Shown: in pieces, positions 9,440 to 17,234 of the stretch | How the letters are laid out: every line of letters begins with the position of its first letter | How positions within the stretch are numbered: the first letter of the stretch is position 1 | The notes under the pieces: model-generated | Database searches by the model: none | Seen by the model: the letters and a program-made list of their open reading frames with translations, nothing else | Told to the model about the DNA's origin: nothing | Origin: Candidatus Desulfosporosinus infrequens | Lineage (GTDB): Bacteria; Bacillota; Desulfitobacteriia; Desulfitobacteriales; Desulfitobacteriaceae | DNA: 64,000 nucleotides | Reading direction: 5' to 3' | Assembly: GCA_900290375.1 (NCBI GenBank) | Contig: OMOF01000445.1 | Coordinates: 12,009 to 76,008 of the forward strand | Translations under genes and position numbers: made by a program

Positions 9440-9468
9440 TTGACACCACGACATAAAAGATGTATTAT
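9440..9468 (+). promoter_or_regulatory. Strong SigA promoter carrying the same operator as the 8166 promoter
   Basis: TTGACA-17-TATTAT; AATGCCTTG-acac-CACGACATA. Confidence 0.8.
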
Positions 9469-9595
9469 TAACACATGGAAAACAGCACTCCAGCCCAATC
9501 CAGTGCAACAAACGCTTCCCCCGGCCAATTGCGGTCCGGGTCCGCCAAGAAGCCGAGAGAGAAAAGTTGACCGTGTGTCAGGGAAGAAGATTAAT

Positions 9596-9631
9596 CCCGA
9601 CAGGCTACAAAGGGAGCCGGGGAAAAAGGAG
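9596..9631 (+). promoter_or_regulatory. CCC-GACA bulged-hairpin leader motif, copy 1
   Basis: CCC GACA GGCT-loop-AGCC GGG directly before AAGGAG RBS. Confidence 0.6.
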
Positions 9632-9640
9632 TTTTAAATT

Positions 9641-9850
9641 ATGAAACAAACTTATTACAGCGTTGGTTATTACTCAGGAAGATCGAACAGCACTAGCACG
9701 GCGTTTTTTGATACTAAAGAGGCGGCTGAAAAATTTGCAGATCATGATTACAGGGATAACGTGGTAGCGCATCACGTGAGCAAGCCTGAGACGATTGCGA
9801 AATACGATGAGCTAGTTGCTATGACGGCGTTTGAGCTTAGAGACCGTTAG
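9641..9850 (+). CDS. Small early hypothetical protein
   Basis: 69 aa with strong RBS; FDTKEAAEKF motif. Confidence 0.75.
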   Translation: MKQTYYSVGYYSGRSNSTSTAFFDTKEAAEKFADHDYRDNVVAHHVSKPETIAKYDELVAMTAFELRDR

Positions 9851-9855
9851 GATTT

Positions 9856-9911
9856 GCAGATGGCACCGGCCAGCACCCGGTGTAATGCACTAGCAGGCGT
9901 CCAAAGTCGCC
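9856..9911 (+). ncRNA. Twister-like ribozyme, type P5 (copy 1)
   Basis: GCA-GA-TGG / P1 CACCGG:CCGGTG / T^AA-TGC-ACT / P4 GGCG-TCCAAAGT-CGCC; T1 TGG:CCA, T2 AC:GT. Confidence 0.75.
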
Positions 9912-9921
9912 GCAAATGCAT

Positions 9922-9954
9922 CCCGACAGCTCGCAAGGAACGGGGAAAAGGAGG
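9922..9954 (+). promoter_or_regulatory. CCC-GACA leader motif, copy 2
   Basis: CCCGACAGCTCGCAAGGAACGGGGAAAAGGAGG before ATG 9964. Confidence 0.6.
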
Positions 9955-9963
9955 TCAGGACAG

Positions 9964-10410
9964 ATGCTCTATCACAGATTTACTAACTCATCAAACGTAA
10001 TGTCCAACTGGGGTCACGCAATGTTTGCGGCCAACAGGGACGCGGTCGAAAATTACGGTAGTAAAGAGTTTATCTTTAAATCATCTAGGGACAATAGCAA
10101 AACGATCAAGTCGCTCAAATCACTGATTATCAAAACTTGGAAGTACGATCAAAAAAATGGCTTTACCGGGGACTTTGGCAACGGCTGCACAGATGATTAC
10201 TACTACAACGTCAAGGATAATGCAGTGGACGCTATTAGTATTTACAACAGCTTTGACCCGTCTAGCGTTGTGGAGAGCGCCGATGCTTGGGACTCCGAGC
10301 TTTATCAATGGTTTTGGGAGCGTATCGCGGAGCCTAACGGCATTATGGCAGTTACAACTCAAGATGGGGCAATAGTATTTGATGCAGACTTAATTAAGGA
10401 GGTATGTTAA
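9964..10410 (+). CDS. Putative ART-PolyVal-like ADP-ribosyltransferase
   Basis: LYH start, G..MF...A..YG, C-terminal GAIVFDADLIK; start moved to the ATG after the GGAGG RBS. Confidence 0.5.
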   Translation: MLYHRFTNSSNVMSNWGHAMFAANRDAVENYGSKEFIFKSSRDNSKTIKSLKSLIIKTWKYDQKNGFTGDFGNGCTDDYYYNVKDNAVDAISIYNSFDPSSVVESADAWDSELYQWFWERIAEPNGIMAVTTQDGAIVFDADLIKEVC

Positions 10411-10671
10411 ATGTCTAATGAGGATGACGTTATGTTTTTCAAAATAGCAAAGGTTAAAGCCGCTATCAGCAGGGTCCTAGACGGGTGCGTAAACGAGTTG
10501 CCGGATATCCAGTTTGGATGGAGCGGATCAGTTATCGAGGTTTATTTATCCGGCGGTAATTATCAAGTCCGCAACCTTATCGAGTCCCATTTTGTAAATA
10601 GCAGGAGGTATAAAGGCGTTACAATTACAAACAACGACACCAAAAAGCGTATCAGCTTTATTTTAAATTAA
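10411..10671 (+). CDS. Small early hypothetical protein
   Basis: AAGGAGGT RBS, coupled to upstream gene. Confidence 0.7.
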   Translation: MSNEDDVMFFKIAKVKAAISRVLDGCVNELPDIQFGWSGSVIEVYLSGGNYQVRNLIESHFVNSRRYKGVTITNNDTKKRISFILN

Positions 10672-10692
10672 GAAATTGAAGGAGTGTTAAAA

Positions 10693-10911
10693 ATGAAACG
10701 ATTAGACATTTTTAAAAGCGAAGGTGGATACAGATTAGCATTGGGAATCTACAACGACAGCCCCGTAATTGACAAGTCTCCTTGGTTCGAAACCAAGGAA
10801 GAGGCCGAAAAAGCAAGGCGCGAAGTCATAGAAGAAGATGAGCGAGAAGCCAAAATTGAGCAGTATATCCAAGATGGCAATATCGAGGCCCTCGAAAACA
10901 TGGATAAGTAA
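10693..10911 (+). CDS. Small acidic early hypothetical protein
   Basis: AAGGAG RBS; FETKEEAEKA motif. Confidence 0.7.
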   Translation: MKRLDIFKSEGGYRLALGIYNDSPVIDKSPWFETKEEAEKARREVIEEDEREAKIEQYIQDGNIEALENMDK

Positions 10912-10913
10912 TT

Positions 10914-10974
10914 GCAGAGGATTAGGAGCCTAAAAACTCCTAATAATGCGCTAGGCAAGCGGTTCCAAGCCCGC
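10914..10974 (+). ncRNA. Twister-like ribozyme, type P5 (copy 2)
   Basis: GCA-GA-GGA / P1 TTAGGAG:CTCCTAA / T^AA-TGC-GCT / P4 GCGG-TTCCAAGC-CCGC; T1 GGA:TCC, T2 GC:GC. Confidence 0.78.
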
Positions 10975-11005
10975 GCCAATCGCAATTTTGAAAGGTGGAG
11001 CAATC

Positions 11006-11242
11006 ATGAAATACACCATAGCTGAATACCACGGCATAGACCGGCACCAAATGCAAGCCCATACCGAGGAAATCATTACCAAGCTTGAATTTATTCGAAC
11101 AACATGCACGGATGCCGAATCGCTCGAATACACTGACGCCCAACTCGAATTTTACCGCGAAGAACTAGCCAGTAAATCCCTGCTTATGTCATCATGGTGG
11201 GAAGTTGAGAACTACATGCGGAAAGGTAGGAAAATAGCATGA
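11006..11242 (+). CDS. Small early hypothetical protein
   Basis: AAGGTGGAG RBS. Confidence 0.7.
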   Translation: MKYTIAEYHGIDRHQMQAHTEEIITKLEFIRTTCTDAESLEYTDAQLEFYREELASKSLLMSSWWEVENYMRKGRKIA

Positions 11243-11430
11243 CCATCTACATCCATGAGTTTTACAAGGACAAGGAAAAGGCGCTCGCATTGGCTGAACT
11301 ACCGGACGAACTAGATTATCACCGATTTGTCCACGGCTGTGAGCCTAAAAAGGTGAACATAGTCCCTTATTGGGCAGATTGCGACAAGTACAAGGCGAAT
11401 AAGTCCACCATGACACTGTTTATTAGCTAA
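11239..11430 (+). CDS. Small early hypothetical protein
   Basis: ATGA overlap with upstream gene. Confidence 0.65.
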   Translation: MTIYIHEFYKDKEKALALAELPDELDYHRFVHGCEPKKVNIVPYWADCDKYKANKSTMTLFIS

Positions 11431-11510
11431 CATCAAGGCTTTTAGCCTTGGCTCAGCCGCTTTTTGAGCGGTTCAGCGAGGACTAAAAACGAATGAAAGA
11501 GGTAATTTAC

Positions 11511-12431
11511 ATGAGCATGATCAACGAACAACTAGCCCAACGATCAAAGGAAAACATGAGTTTTTCCGACTACAAACCCGGCAGCGCAACGGCTGAATTC
11601 AACCAGGAAATAGCCAACGTCACCACGTTAGTTGAATCGGCCAAGCTCAGGGTATCCGACGAAGGGAAAGCCAAGCTAGATCGTTTCCTAGCCTCTTACA
11701 CCTCTCGTTATGCCGCATGGACCAATAAGCGCAACGCAAATGGTGCAGGACATGTTAGTGTTATGATCGCAGGCCCAGCTAACTACAACATGAGAGCGCA
11801 CGAAAAGTACATGAGCCGTGAAGGTAATCTCTGGAAAGAATACGAGGAATTCCGAAACCCTGAGTATAAAATTTCCTCCATCGTCGCAGGTGACAGAGTT
11901 ATAAAATCCAATGATGTCAACGCTATTGAAAAATTGCAGGAGAAAATAGACGGACTTGAAAAAATGCAGGAATTAATGAAAGCTTGTAACGCCATCATCC
12001 GTAAAAAGAAGCTGACCGACGAAGAGAAGATTGCTGCAATGGTAGAAGCTGGAGCCAGCGAAAAAGCCGCAAAAGAAACCTTGACCCCTAATTTTATGGG
12101 CAGAATAGGTTTTGCCTCTTATTCGCTCAGTAATAACAACGCAACGATCCGAAACGCCAAGCAACGAATATCCCAGCTTGAGAAGATCGCTGCACGCGGC
12201 ACGCAAGAGACTGTCATAGAATCAGACGCGGAGGAAACAAACGGCATACGCATAGTTGACAATGTTGAAGCGCATCGGCTGCAAATATTCTTTAATGGCA
12301 AGCCATCGGCAGAAGTTCGAACACAGTTAAAGAAAAATGGATTTAGGTGGACGCCTAGTATTTCCGCGTGGCAGTCGTATCGAAGTGAGAGCGCAAACCG
12401 GGCAGCGCGTGAAATAGTGGCAGCAATGTAA
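11511..12431 (+). CDS. DUF3560-like MGE protein
   Basis: MIAGPANY, FASYSLSNNNATIR, RLQIFFNGKP...LKKNGFRW.P...AWQ, recalled from plasmid/phage leading-region proteins. Confidence 0.65.
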   Translation: MSMINEQLAQRSKENMSFSDYKPGSATAEFNQEIANVTTLVESAKLRVSDEGKAKLDRFLASYTSRYAAWTNKRNANGAGHVSVMIAGPANYNMRAHEKYMSREGNLWKEYEEFRNPEYKISSIVAGDRVIKSNDVNAIEKLQEKIDGLEKMQELMKACNAIIRKKKLTDEEKIAAMVEAGASEKAAKETLTPNFMGRIGFASYSLSNNNATIRNAKQRISQLEKIAARGTQETVIESDAEETNGIRIVDNVEAHRLQIFFNGKPSAEVRTQLKKNGFRWTPSISAWQSYRSESANRAAREIVAAM

Positions 12432-12515
12432 TTATATCGCGGGACCATCTTTGGCCCTGCTCCAAATGTCCGATTATGGGCACTTGGAGGAGAATCAAAA
12501 TTTAGAGGTGATCAA

Positions 12516-12704
12516 GTGGCGGAAACGTGGTTCTCTCGACTTAAAACAGAGATAGAAGATTCGAGAGACTTGCAAGAAATTCTTGGTGTTAAAGTTATCG
12601 AGCATCTTTTGTGGAACAATATCTCTCGCGAACAATACGAAACTCTCTCTAGCCTGCGCGTAAAAAGAATCCTGGAAAATTGGCACGAAGAATTTTTGGC
12701 TTAA
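12516..12704 (+). CDS. Small early hypothetical protein
   Basis: GAGGTGA RBS, GTG start. Confidence 0.6.
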   Translation: MAETWFSRLKTEIEDSRDLQEILGVKVIEHLLWNNISREQYETLSSLRVKRILENWHEEFLA

Positions 12705-12759
12705 ATCCACGCCGGACTATTCCGGTTTTTTCCCAACTAAAATTAAGGAGGAATAACTT

Positions 12760-13374
12760 ATGTTTCATGCGTTCACGCTCGAACAAGCGAACCTCAGAGA
12801 GGTCCAAGGTTGGAAGGTCGGCCAACATGTCCAAGTCAAAGAATGGCGTGGTACTTACGAAATCGAAGGCTACCACCAATACGGAAGGCAAAACGAGTAC
12901 ACCACTGTATACCTTGCCAAGCTCAAGAAAGACGGTACTAAGAGCAAATACAGCGGCGATACACCTATCGCTAACCTCATGCCATTGGGAGCGGCACAAC
13001 CAACAACAGACAGCGCAGGACGAACAGCACTGCAGGCGGCACAGGAGCTATTCGGTAGCGGCTTTGCTAAACACGGATGGTATAACACGGATCGCGAATC
13101 ACTGGTAAAGGTTGAGACGATCAGTAAGACAGGACGCGTCAAGGTGCAAGATATAAGCGTCAAGGCTGGAATTACGGCACGTTCAAAGACTGTAGATGGA
13201 CATAAAGTTTACAGTCAAGAAGATCGCCTGGTAAACTTTGCGGATCTCGAATACGGTCTAAGTGGAGATATAAAAACATTCACGCCGCGCCTTTTTTGGG
13301 GTGAATGGGGCTTTTGGCATGATGGGGAAATTATCAAGGCCCCAGATATGAAGCTTACGTGGTTGCTAGATTAA
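12760..13374 (+). CDS. Hypothetical early protein
   Basis: AAGGAGG RBS; followed by terminator GCCGGA/TCCGGC-TTTTT. Confidence 0.75.
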   Translation: MFHAFTLEQANLREVQGWKVGQHVQVKEWRGTYEIEGYHQYGRQNEYTTVYLAKLKKDGTKSKYSGDTPIANLMPLGAAQPTTDSAGRTALQAAQELFGSGFAKHGWYNTDRESLVKVETISKTGRVKVQDISVKAGITARSKTVDGHKVYSQEDRLVNFADLEYGLSGDIKTFTPRLFWGEWGFWHDGEIIKAPDMKLTWLLD

Positions 13375-14060
13375 CATAATTTAAAGCCGGACATCATCCG
13401 GCTTTTTGGCGTTCCCGTTATTATCTTTCCGGCTCCATAGGCTTATACGCCACCCTAGCCCATGCAAGCCCTAGAACGCCGTATAAGCCCCCATAATCTC
13501 CGTGTGGTCACTATGCAACCTATCGTTATCCAAGGCCCTTATATACCGTTCTGTGTCCTATCATATCGCAAGCCCTACAAGACGTTTTAAGCCCTCGAAA
13601 TATCAAAGGCATAACTATGTCAATCCCTAACTATTCAACGCCATACAGGTGCCATTCTGCGCCTGTGATAACGCTCTGCGCCTATGTGCCGATACCCTAA
13701 CGACGGCGGCAAAACGTCCTCTAATTACCTCAATTTGTCGCCTATTGTCGAAGTTCGCCTGATTTCACCCTGATTTTATGACCATATTTCGACATTCCCA
13801 AAATTCTCTCGACATTCCCAAAATATCGGTTTCTTGTAATTTTTATAAAATCGCTCCACCGAAAAAATATCCCCAGCTTGTAAAATTATTCGTCCTCGAA
13901 TCGACAACCGCGGTTACTCTTCATCATCCGATCTCTTGCCATAAACGCCATACTGTTCTCGAACTCTTCCCATTTTCGAGCTGTCTCGTATCGCTTGTAT
14001 GCACTTAGGTATTCGTCGCAATATGAAGCAGGAACATTGGCGCAGCTAGAACAACTAGAA

Positions 14061-14249
14061 CTAGAGCGTCCTATATCGCGATATATTCGGGGTTTGTAGC
14101 ATCTGCATCGAGGCGGTTCTCTCACTAGTTGCTCCCTCCTTAATCCATAGGCAATGGTCAACGTCATACTTCCTGCATAAGGCGCAGTTGGTTCGTTCAA
14201 GGCTTTTGTCTATTGCGCTGAATTCTTTGCAGCTTCTGTTCTCTCCCAT
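14061..14249 (-). CDS. Small Cys-rich hypothetical protein
   Basis: GAGGG RBS; first ORF after the late leader. Confidence 0.5.
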   Translation of the reverse strand: MGENRSCKEFSAIDKSLERTNCALCRKYDVDHCLWIKEGATSERTASMQMLQTPNISRYRTL

Positions 14250-14285
14250 AAATTAGCCCTCATTTTAGGATAATTTTCGAACAAT

Positions 14286-14421
14286 ATTAAAGCATGCTTT
14301 TTTAGTTTGAATTAAAGCATGCTTTTTTGGTTTTTGTTTATGTAATTAAGGCATGCTTTTTCTATGTCTGAAATTAAGGCGTGCTTTTATGTACCACCAT
14401 CAAGATTAAGGCATGCTTTTT
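14286..14421. repeat. Five copies of a 17-bp motif, ATTAARGCRTGCTTTT(T/A)
   Basis: Copies start at 14286, 14311, 14345, 14373, 14405; palindromic core AAAGCATGCTTT. Confidence 0.9.
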
Positions 14422-14634
14422 GAGTAAAAAAGTGAACACCCTCAATTAAGAAGGTGTTCGAGTGAGAATAGAGAAGGAGGACAAAATTAAAAGCCCTTGC
14501 GAGCTTGTCAAATATTCAAAATAAAGCCGGTTCCAGATCGTAGAACCGGATTCTCCTTCTACACACGGTAGATGAGTTAAATAAACGAAGCACCGAACGA
14601 CCACGATACGTAGGTCAATTCGATGCTTCTCAAT

Positions 14635-14695
14635 GTTATAATCATAAACCTTTTACAGCTCAAATGTGGTAATAAATCGGTAATATTCTGGTAAT
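14635..14695 (-). promoter_or_regulatory. Putative activator-dependent late promoter
   Basis: Three ATTACC repeats (GGTAAT on + at 14668, 14679, 14690; 11-bp period) right after the activator stop codon, then a TATGAT/TATAAC -10 with no good -35. Confidence 0.6.
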
Positions 14696-15268
14696 CTATA
14701 CGTATTTACTAAAATAAAGGTATCTTTGAAATAATGGCCCTAATATCTCCCACAATACTTCAAGCGCTTCTCTGTTAATCTTCCTTAACATTTCGTTTGT
14801 GATATAAACTCTACCAACAGAATGGCGCTCGTTAAACACAATCTCAATGTTCCTCCATGTCATGACTTCAAAGTATTTAGACCTAATAACGGTTTCCTGT
14901 TCCCTCGTTAATGCCTTCAGCGCTTCATCAATCTGCTCCATCTCAAGCGTCTTAAACCTCATCTTCGACCGATCCTCGTCAATCCAAGCCTCAACTAATT
15001 CCCTCGTAACCTCTCTGCGCCCTGCTATATGCTCGGTCGGCGAAGTTGTAGTTGTTGCGTGCGGCATACCGATAATTCTACTTACGCTGTTCTCGAATAA
15101 CCATAGCTCTCCCGCGCTCAATGCTTGTTCCCATACCAGGATTCTCTGCATAGTTGTCACGACTTCTGCTTTATGTTTTTTATAGAGTTTCAAGCGTTCT
15201 TCGAGTATGTTTTGGGATTCTTTTATCATTGCTATGGTTATTACCTCCTCTCTACCGTTTTGCGCCAT
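14696..15268 (-). CDS. RinA/ArpU-like late transcription activator
   Basis: GMPH...SPTE, IDEALKALTREQETVIRSKYF..MTW; sigma-region-4-like C-terminus; last gene of the middle operon. Confidence 0.8.
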   Translation of the reverse strand: MAQNGREEVITIAMIKESQNILEERLKLYKKHKAEVVTTMQRILVWEQALSAGELWLFENSVSRIIGMPHATTTTSPTEHIAGRREVTRELVEAWIDEDRSKMRFKTLEMEQIDEALKALTREQETVIRSKYFEVMTWRNIEIVFNERHSVGRVYITNEMLRKINREALEVLWEILGPLFQRYLYFSKYV

Positions 15269-15611
15269 AACTTCCAGGCAAGCGGTTATTTAAAGCGTCG
15301 GAATTTGGATAAAGTTTATTTCTGTTTTTTTCCCAATCAGTGTGATCAACTTTTCCTGAGAGTTGGCGAGATAGTTCGCGCGTCTTTAAGATATCCTGCA
15401 TTTTCCCGTTTTCAAATATTTCTATTTCTTCACTTTCAAACATCTCGAACCCTTCCTCAAAAACCTCGTTGATGAATTTCAACGTATACCCATTATGGTA
15501 ATCGTGCTTTATCATATTTCCTAACATGTGAACCTTTTTCTCGATTTCCATCCATCTGGCAATTCCGCTTCTTACATCATCTGCCTCAGAGCCAAACATT
15601 ATCTTTTTCAT
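15252..15611 (-). CDS. Hypothetical protein
   Basis: Operon context, RBS. Confidence 0.6.
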   Translation of the reverse strand: MKKIMFGSEADDVRSGIARWMEIEKKVHMLGNMIKHDYHNGYTLKFINEVFEEGFEMFESEEIEIFENGKMQDILKTRELSRQLSGKVDHTDWEKNRNKLYPNSDALNNRLPGSYGAKR

Positions 15612-15787
15612 TTCCTCAATTTCCCCCTATCCCCTAAATACCATCGTTACAACAAAATAAAATATCGGAGCTTGCACAATCAAGAGGATGAATCTTTTTA
15701 GCGGTTTTTCATTTCCGAAAATGTTCATTAGTACTATTGCCGTGTTTATTCCGAGTGCGTAGTAGCCACATATTTGTAAGGGTAGGT

Positions 15788-16183
15788 TCATGATTGTTCC
15801 TCCCTATACTTTTCTTTCAACCTAAGATATTCTTCGCGCTCGTGCTTCTCATGGCGTTCCTTCTGCTTTCTATCAGATTCCTCTCTGGCTAACCTTCTAG
15901 CCTCGCGAAGTTTATCATAATCGTCTCCTCCGATAACACCGAGTTTCTTAAGCTCTTCAACTAGCCATTTTTGTCCATCTTTTTCAAAGAGATATTGTTG
16001 AACGGAATGTGATTTATAAATCCTTATTTCACTGCTATCTCCGTCATCATCTTGCTTAGCAACCATCAATCCACCGTCTGTAGTGGCTATGGTTATCGCT
16101 TCTGCGAACTGAGCACAATGAATGAATGCGATTGTTTTACCTATGAGATCTTCACCTTTTTCGATAAAATACATTTTATTCAA
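15788..16183 (-). CDS. Hypothetical protein
   Basis: Coupled ORF; C-terminal EYLRLKEKY. Confidence 0.65.
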   Translation of the reverse strand: MNKMYFIEKGEDLIGKTIAFIHCAQFAEAITIATTDGGLMVAKQDDDGDSSEIRIYKSHSVQQYLFEKDGQKWLVEELKKLGVIGGDDYDKLREARRLAREESDRKQKERHEKHEREEYLRLKEKYREEQS

Positions 16184-16787
16184 CTTCCTCCGTTTCCCAA
16201 TAACTCATTTCGGATTCCATTGCTTCGATAAGTTGTTCGATGGTTTCTATGGGTTCTTCATAACCAGTGAAGGCTTCGAATTCAGATTCGGTGGCCCTGG
16301 CTTCGTTGAAAATCTTGATTAACTTTGATAGTTTTATTAGATTTTCTTTCATTGCTTCATCCATTACCTCGGTTGGTCCGTCCCACTGCCCCAAACTCTT
16401 AATATCAAACACGATCCCCACACAGAAAAGCGCATCATCTTCCATAATCTTAAACTCGGCATGATGAATATCCGTCTCATATGCCCAGGCCACTTCTCCT
16501 TCATTATGCCAAATAGCTTCTATCTGTTTACATTTCTGTTTCGCTAAAGCTGAATGAACGCATTCGCAATCACATTCCTCGAAAATTCCGTGTTCATCGA
16601 GGTAAATTGTCTTTCCATCAAAACATCCAACTTCTTCGTTAATAGCTCCCCTAAATTCTGCGTTGTCATCCGAATATCCGAACACTACGACGAACCCGAG
16701 TTCCTTAGCCCTTATTGTATCCACTTTGCTTATCTCATTACCCATTTCATTACCGTCCAACATCTCGGCAAACTCCTGTATATTCAT
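16176..16787 (-). CDS. Conserved phage hypothetical protein
   Basis: VVVFGYSDDN.EFRGAI..E and W.YETDI.H..F.I.ED...FC.GIVF motifs. Confidence 0.75.
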   Translation of the reverse strand: MNIQEFAEMLDGNEMGNEISKVDTIRAKELGFVVVFGYSDDNAEFRGAINEEVGCFDGKTIYLDEHGIFEECDCECVHSALAKQKCKQIEAIWHNEGEVAWAYETDIHHAEFKIMEDDALFCVGIVFDIKSLGQWDGPTEVMDEAMKENLIKLSKLIKIFNEARATESEFEAFTGYEEPIETIEQLIEAMESEMSYWETEEVE

Positions 16788-17017
16788 TACTTTTCCTCCT
16801 TAGCCGAATTCAAGTTCCTAATCCTAAATCCCAAACCCCTCAACTTCTCCCTAATCTCATTAATCGAAAAGCTGGACATATTCCTTATCTCTGGCAATCC
16901 GAGATACGACATCTTAGTCAAATCCTCAAGGGTATTGATTCCTGCATTTCTCAGGCAACGCAAAGTTCTTGCGGTTAATCCGAGCTCTTCGATTGTTTTA
17001 TTGAGCGTGTCGTTCAT
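16787..17017 (-). CDS. Stand-alone RNA polymerase alpha-CTD-like protein
   Basis: IEELGLTARTLRCLRNAGINTLEDL...EIRNMS..SINEIREKL..LG follows the alpha-CTD pattern. Confidence 0.85.
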   Translation of the reverse strand: MNDTLNKTIEELGLTARTLRCLRNAGINTLEDLTKMSYLGLPEIRNMSSFSINEIREKLRGLGFRIRNLNSAKEEK

Positions 17018-17027
17018 ACTTTTACTC

Positions 17028-17234
17028 CTATTCCATCTTTTGTTTCGGCTTCAATTTGCCGCGCTTCTTATCCCGAACATACTGGATGAACTCCTTCTTG
17101 ATATACAGTAAATCCAAAACCTTACCGAACATCCATAAATAAGCTTTTATCCCCAGCGCAACGATAATCATGGCCATAATGAGTAGTGATATCGTGACTA
17201 TTATCCAAGCTGTCCAGTAGTTAATTGTTGTCAT
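17028..17234 (-). CDS. Small membrane protein
   Basis: Single TM helix with basic tail. Confidence 0.6.
   Translation of the reverse strand: MTTINYWTAWIIVTISLLIMAMIIVALGIKAYLWMFGKVLDLLYIKKEFIQYVRDKKRGKLKPKQKME

Noticed and set aside
14286-14421. Mini CRISPR array
   Set aside because: Repeats are 17 bp with irregular 8-17 nt T-rich spacers; no cas genes in the window
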